From the NCBI RefSeq assembly GCF_006345805.1, contig NW_021831985.1, positions 248,001 through 312,000 of the forward strand: a stretch of DNA of 64,000 nucleotides, read 5' to 3'. The position numbers and the translations under genes were made by a program. A model generated the notes under the pieces. It was not told the DNA's origin. It made no database searches and saw only the letters and a program-made list of their open reading frames with translations. Positions 11,781-25,473 of this stretch are shown one piece after another. Each line of letters begins with the position of its first letter. Position 1 is the first letter of the stretch. The stretch comes from Octopus sinensis (lineage: Eukaryota).

Positions 11781-13396
11781 ATAATAATAATGGATGTTAA
11801 AGCAGTAATAGAAGAAGTCGAGCAGGAACAAATCTATGAATACCTCAGAATAAATGAGGGCTCTGGCATTCAGCATGCAAGTATGAAAGAGATCAGGAAG
11901 GAATGTTACCAGAGAGTTCGAGCATTCCTAAAATCCGAGTTACATAAACGTAACAAGGCGTCAGCAATAAATTCCTAAGCAGTTCCGGTTGTTATTTACA
12001 GTTTCAATGTGTTGAATTGGAATATGAGCGAAATAAGGAAGAGTGACAGGAAAATCCGTAAGCTGCTGACTTTGTAATAAGATGCACCACTCAAAGGTAG
12101 ACGCAGATCGTTTTTACCTACCCAGAGCTCAAGGATGTCAGGGCTTGATCCAATTTGAAATCTCCTGCAAAACCACTACAAATGGACTGGCAAAATATCT
12201 TGAAACGACTGGATGCTAAAGCTCGTTGAAAACCATGAAATACGTAAGAAGCTTCATTCTGTTCTGAAGGAGAACGAAAATTTTCAAGTGAGTTTATGCA
12301 TAATACCCAGGTTGAACAGCGTGATCGAAGTGCAGCAACTGTAGTTGCAAAGAAGGTGAAATCAATAGCACAGCAAAATGCGTTTGAGCAATTGGCCAAT
12401 AAGGTAGGAACAAAAACCTCTGCATGGCAAATATGTGACCCGTAGCAAACAAACTGATGTAGACTAGAAGCACGGCCATTAGTGGCTACGGAGCTCAGGG
12501 TTAAAGGCAGAGAGTGAAGGCTTTTTCTTGGCTGCCTAAGATCAGAGCTTATTGGCACGGAACTATCAAGCCAATGTGATGAAAAATGTCGTGGACCCAA
12601 AGTGCCGATACTGCAACGATGGGATTGAAACAGTGGACCACCTAATCTCTGGGTCTAAAGTTTTAGTACCTGTAAAGTATAAATCAAGATACGACAGAGT
12701 TGGCCAATATCTACATTGGATAATGTGTCGGCATTATAAAATCAAAACTGCTGACAAATGGTACAAGCACCACTCTGAGGCTGTAACTGAAGGAGAAAAT
12801 GTAATTATTCTTTGGAATTTAACAATATGTACAGACCAGACCATCAAAGCAAATAAACCAGATATTGTTGTGAAAGACCAAAACAACAAAGTCTGTTTAT
12901 TGATTGACATGAGCATACCCTCTGGCCATTATATCTCGGTAAAAGAATTTGATAAGCCCAGAAAATATAAAGAATTGCTAATTGAAATCGAAAAGATGTG
13001 GCTTCTCAAAACGGCTACAGTGATTGTAGGAGCACTTGGAGTGATAAAAAAAAGGAACTGAAAATTATTTAAGAATGATCCCTGGCTTACCATCCATGCA
13101 GGAAGTGCAAAAGATTGTCTTAACAGGTACGTCACACGTATTGAGAATAGCATTGTTGCTGTGAAATTTTCTTTCCTTTTTCCCACTTTATTTTCTTTGT
13201 TTACTTTTTTATTTTTTATTTTTTCCTTTTCTCCCTGTCTTTCTTCCTCTTTTTATCTATAACACGACTTTGTGAATGAACAATCTGGTGTGCTTATTTT
13301 AATGGCCTACCAATGTATACAGTACGTTTCTCTGCCCTAGGTGTCAGAAAGACACTCGATAAGAAATGGAAACAGAATTGAAAGATGCTAATGAAT

Positions 13397-13400
<4 letters not shown>
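11781..13400 (+). pseudogene. 5'-truncated R4/Dong-type LINE (late RT, CCHC knuckle, restriction-like endonuclease), disrupted
   Basis: YEYLRINE..ECYQRVRAFLKSELHKRNKASAIN*AVPVV..; CRYCNDGIETVDHLISG; HDRV-like RYDRVGQYLHW; ANKPDIVVKD..CLLIDMSIP..KEFDKPRKYKEL..VIVGALG; stops and frameshifts; microsatellites at both ends. Confidence 0.9.
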
Positions 13401-13427
<27 letters not shown>

Positions 13428-13639
13428 CAACAACAACAACAGCAACAACAACAACAATGATAACAACAATAAAAATAAATATACTGGTGAGAATAGTTGT
13501 AGCGATAGCCACGACAATAATAGCAACTGTAACAGTAATAATAATAATACTTAGGAGACTGAGTGATGTTTACAATAATAACAGTACGAATCATGGTAAT
13601 ATAAATGTTGATGGAGTGGCTAACGCACACAGCAACTTT

Positions 13640-14620
13640 ACTGCTGTGCAGCGTGAAATTGTATGATTTATGTCACCTACAATATTAACTAGATTGTGTA
13701 ATTTTAGGAAGAAATTTGAATATCCACTAGGAAATAAATGCCTGACCAAAAGCATTGTATATAAATGTGATGTTAAAATTAATGTATATACTTACACTTA
13801 CGTGGGTTCCACTTCTTGTAATTTTAAATCACCATTAATCTTAATACATTTAGAAGGAAAGATAAACCAAAAAAAGCATCATTTTCCAAAAGGATCTGGG
13901 AGTTAAAGGGACAAAAATATCGATTTTCATTCAATGTGGAACATCGCTAGACACTCTAAGACTTATGTTGGTAATAGATATAGTTGCAATCTCCGCTGGC
14001 TGGAATTGTTGGAAGTTTTGAAACATACGGGTAATGTTATTAATAGATGTGATGAATTGAAGACCAAATATCCACATTCTGTCCGTCGAATCTTCTTATA
14101 ACCGACTGTATAAAGTCTTCTCTGAGTGCTGGATAAGTATCAATAACTCTAGAATATAGACATTAATTTCAGGTAATAAGATTCAGTGAATATATTTAGG
14201 TAGCCTAGTGTATTTTAATCGTAATAATTGATCATATATCCGCTACTTTTACGTACTCTAATAGAATCGCTGGGATTAATATTTATCGACTTTTTACTGT
14301 GACTATCGCTTCTGCTTTTCCTTCTCTATTAATTTTAACCTTTCAACCCATAACTTCATTCCACATATAACTGATCTCTCTAAATTTCGATATTTAACTA
14401 ACACTTGTTTATTTATGCCATGTCACTGCTCGCTTTTATAGTTGGTAAGCCCGATGAGTTGAGAGTTGCATAACGTACACATGATTTTATGTGTATCGTA
14501 CATATCACATATTAGACGGTAATTCTGGTATGTTTGCTTCATTATAAAGACTCTTGATGAAACAATTGTATCAGCACAAGATATAACATTCATCTGTGGA
14601 AGCTATCGGAGCTGCAAATT
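13640..14620 (+). mobile_element. Penelope-like element 3' fragment: GIY-YIG endonuclease plus UTR
   Basis: CNFRKKFEYPLGNKCLTKSIVYKCDV..YVGSTSCNFK..WELK..QWNI..CNLRWLE; homologous to 45869-46129. Confidence 0.85.
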
Positions 14621-14785
14621 ATCAAACAGCAGTGACTTTCCCACAAACTATACTTTCCGTTCAACGGTATTGGATTACGAAACTGTCTGATTTGCGTCAT
14701 TCTGTACAGTCATTGATTGAGGTGTGCTCCAATTTGACATACCAAGATCCTTAATGGGAACCCTTTTAATCAAATCTACCCCACC

Positions 14786-14824
<39 letters not shown>

Positions 14825-14926
14825 GGAGTAAACACATAAATGTGAAACAAGGTGGAAAAAAGAGTACTCAAATACCAGTGGTAGAGTAATATGCTTTATT
14901 TAAAGTAGCAGAAAATTCAACAAAAC

Positions 14927-14964
14927 CTGTTACTCTGAGTTACCCGTTGCCGTTCATCGGACAG
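14927..14964 (-). ncRNA. Degenerate minimal hammerhead motif
   Basis: CTGT-CCGATGA-acggcaacgg-gTAAC-TCAGA-GTA-ACAG: stem I intact, GAAAC altered. Confidence 0.45.
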
Positions 14965-15050
14965 TTTTTGCTTTAAATAAAGTATATATATCTATAAAGT
15001 ATATATATATATATACACACACACACAATACTATATTATATATTATATAA

Positions 15051-15275
15051 GTCGGCGAGCTGGCAGAAGCGTTAGCACGCTAGGCGAAATGCTTAGCGGC
15101 ATTTCGTCTGCTGCTACGTTCTGAGTTCAAATTCCGCCGAGGTCGACTATGCCTTTCATTCTTTCGGGGTCGATTAAATAAGTACCAGTGAAACACTAGG
15201 GTCAATGTAATCGACTATCCTCCTTTTCCCCCAAATTTTGGGTTTTGTGCTTAGAGTAGAAAAGATTATATTATA
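15051..15275 (+). mobile_element. SINE family B, alternative-tail variant
   Basis: ggcgagctggcagaagcgttagcac...ccccaaattttggg... Confidence 0.85.
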
Positions 15276-15287
15276 TCAAATAACATA

Positions 15288-15697
15288 GGCGCAGAAGTGG
15301 CTGTGTGGTAAGTAGCTTGCTAAACAACCACATGGTTCCGGGTTCAGTCCCACTGCGTGGCATCTTGGGCAAGTGTCTTCTACTATAGCCCCGGGCCGAC
15401 CAATGCCTTGTGAGTGGATTTGGTAGACGGAAACTGAAAGAAGCCTGTCGTATATACGTATGTATATATATGTGTGTGTGTGTGTTTATGTGTCTGTGTT
15501 TGTCCCCCTGGCATTGCTTGACAACCGATGCTGGTGTGTTTACGTCCCCGTTACTTAGCCGTTCGGTAAAAAGAGACTGATAGAATAAGTACTGGGCTTA
15601 CAAAAGAATAAGTCCCGGGGTCGATTTGCTCGACTAAAGGCGGTGCTCCAGCATGGCCGCAGTCAAATGACTGAAACAACTAAAATAGTAAAAGAGA
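15288..15697 (+). mobile_element. SINE family A, full length
   Basis: Homology to 3484-3890. Confidence 0.9.
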
Positions 15698-15699
15698 GT

Positions 15700-16224
15700 A
15701 TGTAACGGACTCTCTCCCGTCGAAGACGACGCATGAGCCTTTCAGCTTCCTAAACGACCTGCACAAATGATTTGTTTGTAGTGATCAAATGTTCGTGCAG
15801 CACGTTAGCTCACTCTCTCTCCATCAAACTGACGTTGCCTGAACAGGTGCACTGTGTCCCACGCGTCAGGTGTCGAAGTGATTGCAGAACAACGTGAGAT
15901 GGAGAGTTTTGCTTGGAATCGGAACCACGGTCGTGAGATCGTGAGTATAACGCCCTAACCTATTTCTTTATTGCCCACAAGGGGCTAGACATAGAGGGGA
16001 CAAACAAAGACAGACAAAGGGATTAAGTCGATTATATCGACCCCAGTGCGTAACTGGTACTTAATTTATCGACCCCGAAAGGATGAAAGGCAAAGTCGAC
16101 CTCGGTGGAATTTGAGCTCAGAACGCAACGGCAGACGAAATACCGCTAAGCATTTCGCCCGATGTGTTAACGGTTCTGCCAGCTCGACGCCTTGATAACG
16201 CCCTAACCACTTGACCATGTGCCG

Positions 16225-16225
<1 letters not shown>
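15700..16225 (-). mobile_element. Old SINE family F interrupted by a family B copy
   Basis: Homologous to 41300-41600 (ttagctcactc...gacgttg.ctgaaca...cgcgt.aggtg...gatcgtgagt..aacgccctaacc). Confidence 0.6.
15961..16192 (-). mobile_element. SINE family B with 14-bp TSD
   Basis: ATAACGCCCTAACC at 15947-15960 and 16195-16208. Confidence 0.9.
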
Positions 16226-16273
<48 letters not shown>

Positions 16274-16311
16274 ACACACATATGTAAATGAATGACATAG
16301 TGTGTGTGTGT

Positions 16312-16550
16312 GTGGAAGCACGTGGCTTAGTGGTTAGGGTGTCAGCATCATGATCGTAAGGTTGTGGTTTCGATTCCTGAACCGGGCGATGCGTTGTGTT
16401 CTTGAGCAAAACACTTCATTTCACGTTGCTCCAGTCCACTCAGCTGGCAAAAATGAGTAAAGCTGCGATGGACTGCCGTCCTGTCCAGCTGGGGAACACA
16501 TACACCATAGAAACCGGGCCCATGAGCCTGGCTAGGTTTTAAAAGGGTGA
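16312..16550 (+). mobile_element. SINE family E (tRNA head, CORE-like body, gctgcgatggactg..cc.gtccag segment resembling the V-SINE domain)
   Basis: A box TGGCTTAGTGG, B box GGTTTCGATTCC; homologous to 63222-63466. Confidence 0.8.
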
Positions 16551-16644
16551 TGTATGTATGTATGTATGTATGTATGTGTGTGTATGTATGTATGTATGTA
16601 TGGGTGTGTGTATATGTGCGTTTTTTGTGGGTGGTTTATCTTTC

Positions 16645-16790
16645 TTTATTCAATCAACTGGGGGACGATGAAATGAAAAATTAACCTCGGAACGATTTGA
16701 ACTCAGAACATAAAGGGCCATAACTAAACACTGGAAGAAATTTATCTTCGACATTTCAAACGATCTAGCCACAGCTGCTAGAAACAACAC
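16645..16790 (-). mobile_element. SINE family B, degenerate
   Basis: gacgatgaaatgaaaaattaacctcggaacgatttgaactcagaac. Confidence 0.6.
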
Positions 16791-16920
16791 CGAAAACGAA
16801 GTGTAATTTAACTTCAGATAACATCCTACTTTCGTGGAAATGGAAGGCCGCACTGGATAATGTCGAGTGAAAAAAAAATAAAGATGAATAAAGAAATTGA
16901 AAATACATAAATGGATAAAG

Positions 16921-17790
16921 ACGCAGTCACGGCTGTGTGGTAAGAAGTTTTGTTTTTCAACCACATTGTTCCAGGTTCAGTTTCACTGCGTGGCACCTTG
17001 GGCAAGTGTCTTCCTTTCACGGTAGCCACGAAACAACCAAAGCCTTATGAGCGGATTTGGTAGGCAGAAACTGAAATTCCATGACCCCCCCTATTCAAGG
17101 TGTCCACCTCTCTCTCTATATATATATATATACTAGCAGTATCGCCCGGCGTTGCTCGGGTTTGTAAGGGAAATAACTATATAAGCATTTTTAGAGAGTT
17201 ATAGCCAAAAAATAGCAAAAATAATGCATTAAAAATGGAAAAAAAATTTTGGTAAAATTATGGTAAATTTTTTTTTAAAATCGTAGACTCATCGTAGACG
17301 CGCGCTAATACCCAGACGGGCTCGATATGAATCACGACTATAAGATACCCGAATTTGGTTAAACTGCACCGCAAAATGTGGGAGTAGTTAGGAATCTAAA
17401 TCGTAGGAGACAGACACTCACACAACTACAGTTTTATATATATAGATATACACACATACATACATGTATGTATACACACACACAAACACATTTATATATA
17501 TACACACACACATACATATGTACATGTATGTAATACATACACACACACACATATAATAATTGTTTGTCTTTGTGTTTGTTTTGTTCGCTACCAACGCTTA
17601 ACAGCCGATGTTAGTTTGTTCACGTTCCCACATTCTAGACGTTCGACAAGTCCCTGGCTAAAAACCAAAAAAAAACCAAAAAAAAATTGAAAGAAAGTAC
17701 TGGGGCGATTCCTTCGACTAAACGCCTCTAAAGCGGTGCTCCAGTATGGTCGCATCCATGACTGATACAGAGAAAGAGAACGGATAAAAA
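16921..17790 (+). mobile_element. Old SINE family A split by a Helitron inserted in its internal microsatellite
   Basis: 5' half 16921-17078, 3' half ~17560-17790. Confidence 0.75.
17133..17446 (-). mobile_element. Non-autonomous Helitron, family A
   Basis: Minus strand A|TCTATATATATAAAACTG...CCCGAGCAACGCCGGGCGATACTGCTAG|T. Confidence 0.9.
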
Positions 17791-20700
17791 CGAGCTAGGC
17801 ATCAGTAGAATGGCCACGAGCATAGCTCTTCTTATTCAAGGTGTCCACCTAGGGATAAACAACAGCTGGCTACAAATATCACAGTTGTACGATACTAGCA
17901 GCTAAATTGGTGTATTTGCTACTAGTGAAGGTCAAGGTCATGTCACATTGACCTAGTAGTAACGTTAAACTATAATTGTATTTAATCCAGTGGAGGTGTT
18001 AGATTATCTCCCCTTTCTTGACAACAAACATTCCTTGTTATTGTTTATCGTCGTCGTCATCACCGCCACCGCTTTATGACTGACTCGTTTCTTTATTTTT
18101 AGTTTTCGATGCCGTTCTTTAACATTCTTTTTACATACTACTGCATTATATTTAATTACAATGCTGTTGCTCAGACAAACAAACGAATAATAATAAATAA
18201 TAGGTCGGTAAATTCGGAGACTCGTGGTATGAGTTCTATGAAAATGAGGAATATGTAAAAATGTGGTAACCGAAACGAAAGCAAAAATATGATTTACGAT
18301 TTGTATCTTTTCGAAATTTTCGATTCATTCTTATACATCATTCATTACATGCTATAATTTAATGTGTTTTTAATTCGATATTCATAAGTTGTCTGAATGT
18401 TCTATCCTTGTAATACACACGTTTTTAAAATAGTACTTATACATCATTACATGGTGTAATAAATAATTTTTTTAAATGTTGATCTTAATTAAATACGTAG
18501 AAGCTACCGAAATGAGTTTTTCCCGCTTGCTAAACACTCTTTTAAAAATAAAAAATGTTACTGACTAATATTATATCCTTAATTAATATATTTTTTTTTT
18601 ATTCTTAATGTTGTTTTTAAGAAGTTTTGTATTACACGTGCTTTTGAAATGAAATATATTTCACGCTGGAGTGAAAAGGAAAACATATATTAAACAATAT
18701 TTTGTTATTACTTTAGAGATCAAATAAATTATATTTCTATATCCTTAAAAAAGGGGGAAAAAATTATTGAAAAATCACGCCGCTAATCTCCTTATTTACC
18801 AGTGAGTATTCATCGTCATAAGCATCAATACCATTTTTGATGTTTCGTGTTATAAACGAGCATCTAAGAGAAATAAGGATAAACAAACTGCATTATTAAA
18901 CTGCTATATATCTACAATAATAATAAAATTTATTTAATATCTCGGGTATAACGAATATATTGCAAAAAAAGCCTGATAATTTACAAACGTACACACGTCC
19001 TAGAAATATCGAACTTCTTCCATAAATGTAAGTCTAATCCTGTTGTCTCCCTTTGGCCATTAGCAGTCTTCTAATAACATATACGCCAACAAGCAGCCGC
19101 AGTTGCGTTGTTTTAATAAACAACAAAGGATATTTATTAATTGAATTAGTAAATATATTCTTTTAAATTTAGTTAATATACGAATTCAAATTTTAAAAGA
19201 ATATTTAATTTTACATTAAATATACGATTGCTTTTTAATTAAAAATTTTTTTTTTTTCCTTTTGTTTGCTATTTCGTATTAGTAACACTATCAGTGATTG
19301 GAATTAATCAACGCAAATCAATTAGTATTCTGATTACTTCCCTTGGCCCAATCACAATTATCGTCTGTGAACGATTTAATTGTTTTAGTGCTGCTATACG
19401 TCTCCTAGGCCCAGACCAAGCAAACTGTAGATCTATGATTAAAAAGCGTTTAAACCGTGACCACCCCGCCTTGTTTTAGACACCGTGAACTGAGGATTAC
19501 TTTAACAAATATGTCCTTTCACTCTTTTTCTCTAAGTGACAAAGATCTAATTTGAAGGAGATTTGGCTGCTATTTTTAGCAAACCGTGCGACCGTGTAAA
19601 AACTTTCTTGGGAAGACTGGTTTAGCACTGACTACTTAGTTTTGAGCAGCTAAATTGTTACTTGATTATAACTAATCATTTTTTGTTCTTTCAGTTACAA
19701 TATCCACGGTGATTCAAGGGAAATTTATCTGCCATTTCTACCCAGCAAGCCGAGCAACCATGTAGAGACTTCTTATACTGAAGTTGGAGCTTTGGCATCC
19801 CAACGAATATTAAGTCTTTGGGTAGCTAACTCATTTCTAAATGATAGCTTGTCATTAGCCGAATCACTGGATCGACGGCATATAGTCGTGGATCCATGCC
19901 ATAGATCATGTGATCCATGCGATTACGTGAATCTGAGTATTGAATATATTCCTTGAAAGGATGTTGATTCAACACAAAGATCTAAGCATTGCTATTTCAA
20001 AACACAGACTATCTCTACCTACCGCCGTCGCTCTGTATGCCATCCTTACGCGGCACAAGTTATTTAGACCCAGACCAGTCCGAAAGGAGCAGGTCTATGA
20101 TTATCGCGTCTGTCTTGTTAATACACGTTGTGTATCTATGAGTATGTAGTGGCTTCGTGCAGGCATAATGTGGATTCGATCCTCGATAACCAGCACTTTT
20201 CTCACGGTACAAGAATAGTTTTTCTGTGAGTGACAGCAGTTACATTTGCCAGATGCCTTCGCTAAGCAAAATAATGTCTTTGCCACTTGATCCTTCCAAC
20301 CTCTTCTAGGCCACCAAAAGCTAGAATAGAGATAACAGACCCCCAACGAAATCTATTGTTCTCAACAATATGTCTGTCATTCTAGCTGGTTTTGGATAGT
20401 TATAAATACTAGAATTTGGTAAGACAAAAATCAGTTAGTGAGAGCAACCATCAGTTAGTGAACAGAAACCAAATAGAGCCATGGCCATAAGCAGGCAGTC
20501 ACTAAAGACAAACGGCCAGAGGGAGAAAGAAGGTACAATCAGCCAACTATGAGACACAACTTCTCTCGACTCTATAGCTTTCAAGGGCTCACTTGTACAC
20601 ATATAGAGGCAGAAATTAACTTTCTTAACCTTGCATGCTCTTTCAATTATATCACATCTGCCTGTCGAAGCATGTCATTATATTAAGTAACGGTAGATAA

Positions 20701-21836
20701 ATATTTCTTTACAACTTCGATCACTGTTCTTCTTTCATCTTGCACATCTGCAACAGCAACACTCATTACAATCGCTAACTGCCAACTCCAGCGTATATCA
20801 CAATACCAAACCGTTACAATTGGTGACTTTCGACTTCAACGAAACTTCATTGCCGTTACAAGTACATCGTCTAATTCCTTTTTATTAAGATAACGGTGAT
20901 TGGCGAAGGTATTTTGGTTGCGACTTTTAACACGGTAATGCAACCAGGTAGAATGCCTTCATTAGACAGTTATAGTTATTGCTGTTTAGCCGTGGGTCAG
21001 TCGTCCTCATTGCGTCTTTTTCCAACGACTACATTATCCAATGTATTTCTTCCCTTTTTAAAATTAAAACTGTAGTAGAGGGGCAGGGGTAATTTGAGTT
21101 AGACTTGGCTGTTATCTCTTATAGGACAAGCAACCACGTTAGAGTCTCATCATTAGACAAGGCAAATTATTACTACTTAGCCTTAAGTCAATCTAACTGA
21201 CTTATGGCTAAAGCTATTCCAACGAGGACCATTTTTACAACATTATAGCTTCCCTCCAGGGAAAGCAATGACCCGAGGGCCCCAAACCATATCTTACATA
21301 GATTAGTATTAGCCTTTACACTGGTAGATTCCTTGGGCAACTATTCAATGCGCCTATACCTTGAGCTAGAACAGATTCCATCAAGTAACCATTCTGTTAT
21401 TTTTACTCCCAAACATAGCATATCAAGGGAGAATATTATCAATGCGTCCTTCACTTAAAAGAAAAAAGCAGCAAGTGTGACTGAAGGACTTTTAGCTGTG
21501 ATATTTAGTCAATTGAGTGACGATGTTGGAGTCGTGTAGGTATTTGTTAGCCATTTAAAATACAATGGTCTGGGCTATTTAAACCATAATGACTTCATTT
21601 CTCTTATATATGACACCTGATAATCTTCGTAACTTTTTTCGCGTCTGCTCAACTGCTGATGGGTGACTGTCTGCCATAGTAATAAGGAAGCTGTCCCTAT
21701 ACAATCCTGCGTCGTTTGGTTAACCTATACCAGTTGTTTTCGGAGGTCCATATGACCCTCTGGTATACATTAAAGATTGTGTTAAAATTTAAATGAAATA
21801 AATTGGATATATTTCTACAATGCACAAAATGTACAT

Positions 21837-22170
<334 letters not shown>

Positions 22171-22429
22171 GTGTGAGAAAATGGTTAAGCAATAGTTATT
22201 CTAGATATAAGATATGAAATAGGGAGTGAAGTGGAGGAATGAAAATAGACGTGAGATATGCAGGGATATTGTATCTGCAGTTCCATTATTTAGGCAGAAT
22301 GGTATACATATAAGGTACAGGAATTTTATATATACAGGAATCTTATACTGTTGGTATATACAGTTATTACTGAAGTTGACTTTGCTACCGAAATCTACTT
22401 GAACTGCAATTAAAAGCAGTGATATTATA

Positions 22430-22640
22430 TATTTCTTTACTGCCCACAAGGGGCTAAACATAGAGGGGACAAACGGATTAAGTCGATTACATCGATCCCA
22501 GTACGAAACTGGTACTTTATTTATCGACCCCGAAAGGATGAAAGGCAAAGTCGACCTCGGCGGAATTTGAACTCAGAACGTAACGACAGACGAAATACGG
22601 CTACGCATTTCGCCCGGCGTGCTAACGTTTCTGCCAGCTC
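22430..22640 (-). mobile_element. SINE family B with 13-bp TSD
   Basis: CAGTGATATTATA at 22417-22429 and 22641-22653. Confidence 0.9.
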
Positions 22641-22664
22641 CAGTGATATTATACCAGCCAAACA

Positions 22665-22870
22665 ACGATTGGCTATAGATGTCCGGGGCAAGGTTGTTTA
22701 TGGAAAACCAGCAGTTGCCTATGCGTACCAGCTTCTCCTCTCCACGCCACTGATGTTATTCAAGGGAACGGCAAAGGCTGATACAGCCTGGCACCAGTGA
22801 CGCCGCAACTCATTTCTGCAGTTGAGCGAACTGGAGTAACGTGAAATAAAGTGTGTTGCTGGTGCGTGTA
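22665..22870 (-). mobile_element. SINE family C, partial
   Basis: Reverse complement of the body of 23027-23380. Confidence 0.8.
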
Positions 22871-23026
22871 TAACAGAATGAAAGTATAAGCGGAAAACCA
22901 ACTGGTATGAGGTTACATTATGACTTTTACTTGCCCGAACCTGTATTTGAAGGAAAACAACCTCGGATTACCTGCCGCGTTGAATGATCGGAAGCGCTTA
23001 ACTTGAAGTACTGGAATTATGAGTAT

Positions 23027-23380
23027 GAAGGCGCTATGGCTCAGTGGTTAGAGCGTCGGGCTTACAATCATGAGGTAGATAGTGAGTTCGATTCCAGGAC
23101 CCAGCTGTGTGTTGTGTTCTTGAGCAACACACTTTATTTCACGTTGCTCCAGTTCGCTCAGTAGCAGAAATGAGTTGCGGCGTCAATGGTGCCAGGCTGT
23201 ATCGGCCCCTTTGCCGTTCCCTTGGATAACATCAGTGGTGTGGAGAGGGGAAGCTGGTATACATGGACGACTGCTGGTTTTCCATAAACAACCTTGCCCC
23301 GGACTTGTGCCCCGGAAAGTAACTTTCTGGGTACGATCCCATGGTCGTCCGTGACAGAAAGGGGATGGTCTATACCCTCC
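23027..23380 (+). mobile_element. SINE family C, full length
   Basis: TGGCTCAGTGGTTAGAGCG...GAGTTCGATTCC...ttcttgagcaacacacttt. Confidence 0.85.
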
Positions 23381-23487
23381 CCCGTTTTTTTTACCTATAA
23401 CATATCAAAGAATACTCAACACGTATTTATTTAGGTCTAATGCATTACTTCTCGGTAAATGAAAACACGCACACACACATACGCACG

Positions 23488-23575
<88 letters not shown>

Positions 23576-24051
23576 CTAACAAGTATCACCTAAGCTGTCC
23601 CGGTTCAGTCTGAAGAACCACAAAACTTAACCTGTGTGGGTGCCTGGCTATCAGGTAAATACGTCCGTCTGTTTTAGTTAAACAGACTAAGCTACGGAAT
23701 ATTCTACCGAATATTACTAGAAGTCAAGAGAATAAGTGAAACTGGAGCTTAGGAAAACGCCGAGCAAGTACTAACTAGGTTTAGTAACTTAAAAGATAAA
23801 GAAAAATACAATGCTTATTGAATTTGCTATTGGCAGCCATTGTTTCTCTGCATCAATAATACTCTTAAACAAGTAACTCATTTTCCGCTGGTAAAAATAA
23901 CTTCAATAACTAAGAAAGATATTGATATCATTTTTGAAACACAATAATAAAATTTGAGAGTGACTAATGGACATGGGACTCTCACAGTGGCACTTTCGAT
24001 ATCATTATGTAATCCACGAACTCTGATCATGTGACTGACTCTTTCAGACAG

Positions 24052-24464
24052 CTCTTTTACTCTTTTACTCTTTTACTTGTTTCAGTCATTTGACTGCGGC
24101 CATGCTGGAGCACCGCCTTTAATCGAGCAACTCGATCCCGGGACTTATTCTTTTGTAAGCCCAGTACTTATTCTATCGGTCTCTTTTGCCGAACTGCTAA
24201 GTAACGGGGACGTAAACACACCAGCATCGGTTGTCAAGTAATGCTAGGGGGACAAACACAGACACACAAACACACACATGCATATATATATACATATATA
24301 CGACGGGCTTCTTTTCAGTTTCCGTCTACCAAATCCACTCACAAGGCTTTGGTCGGCCCGAGGCTATAGTAGAATACACTTGCCCAAGGTGCTACGCAGT
24401 GGGACTGAACCTGGAACCATGTGGTTGGTAAACAAGCTACTTACCACACAGCCACTCCTGCGCC
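24052..24464 (-). mobile_element. SINE family A, full length
   Basis: Homology to 3484-3890. Confidence 0.9.
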
Positions 24465-25473
24465 TGTGTAACTTTAAAACCATTGTAATATTGTAATAAC
24501 TACTGTATAACTTTAACACGTTAACTGCCATTGCCCGTTAGTGGAACTTACTAATGACACCACGTATTTCGCGCGGTCACCCTTCGTACTGATTAATTAC
24601 AAAGAAAAGTAATTGCTCTTGAATTTTTGCAAAATTTCATTTGTAAACGTTAATATTTAGCACTCATGTTATTTAAATATAATCGAAACCATGTCAAAGA
24701 TACAGAAAGAAATATTTTCTCAAATTATGAAAATGTACCACTGGTGTTGAAAATGGTGATTGCGATGAACCACTGGTGGTACATGTGGAGGTTAACGTTG
24801 TACGACAAAACCTTCTGAAATCGAAGGAAGATTATATAGGGACCATTGCCTTTTACTGTGGCAGGCTATAAGCCACCAGCAGCTGAGCAGCTACGACGAA
24901 TATATAAAGAATGTAAATTTCCTGGACGCTATCTTGGACATTTTCACCAAATTAGACAACACATCTTAAAGGCCTAAAGAAATATTGCGATGCATCCACA
25001 AATAATCTAACCACCCTAAATTCATAATGAATAGTAAGCGATGTGTTTATTAAGGTATTTAAAGTGTCAGCTAATGAGAAAATATTAAATGATAATGCCT
25101 GATACTATAACGAGGCCCTAAGTGGTAGTAGTTTTAAAGAACGGAATACCTGTATACCTAACGGCAGTATCCACAAACTTAGCAAGCAGTTGCAATAGTA
25201 ATACAAGAAATAAATCAATGCAGAGCTCATTTGCATGAATGGAGATTAGTCAGGTCGGTGAAATTCGAATCATAAGTATGATAATGAGGGCATATAATTA
25301 AATAGTAAACGTAACAATAATGGAAGACCCCTGTTGTAAGGAGGACCTGGATACGGAGCACAAATAAGAAAAATAGAAATAGAAACGTCACGTGGTATAA
25401 TATTCCACATAATCTCCAAGTAAAAACTCAGTACCTTATTCTTTCTCTATTTTGCAAAATCTTCGCTATAAAT

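Noticed and set aside
12118-12600. 160-aa minus-strand ORF
   Set aside because: Antisense of the R4/Dong coding relic.
20735-20895. Two open frames after a pyrimidine-rich CAG
   Set aside because: No good donor site, no recognisable protein, and length within chance expectation.
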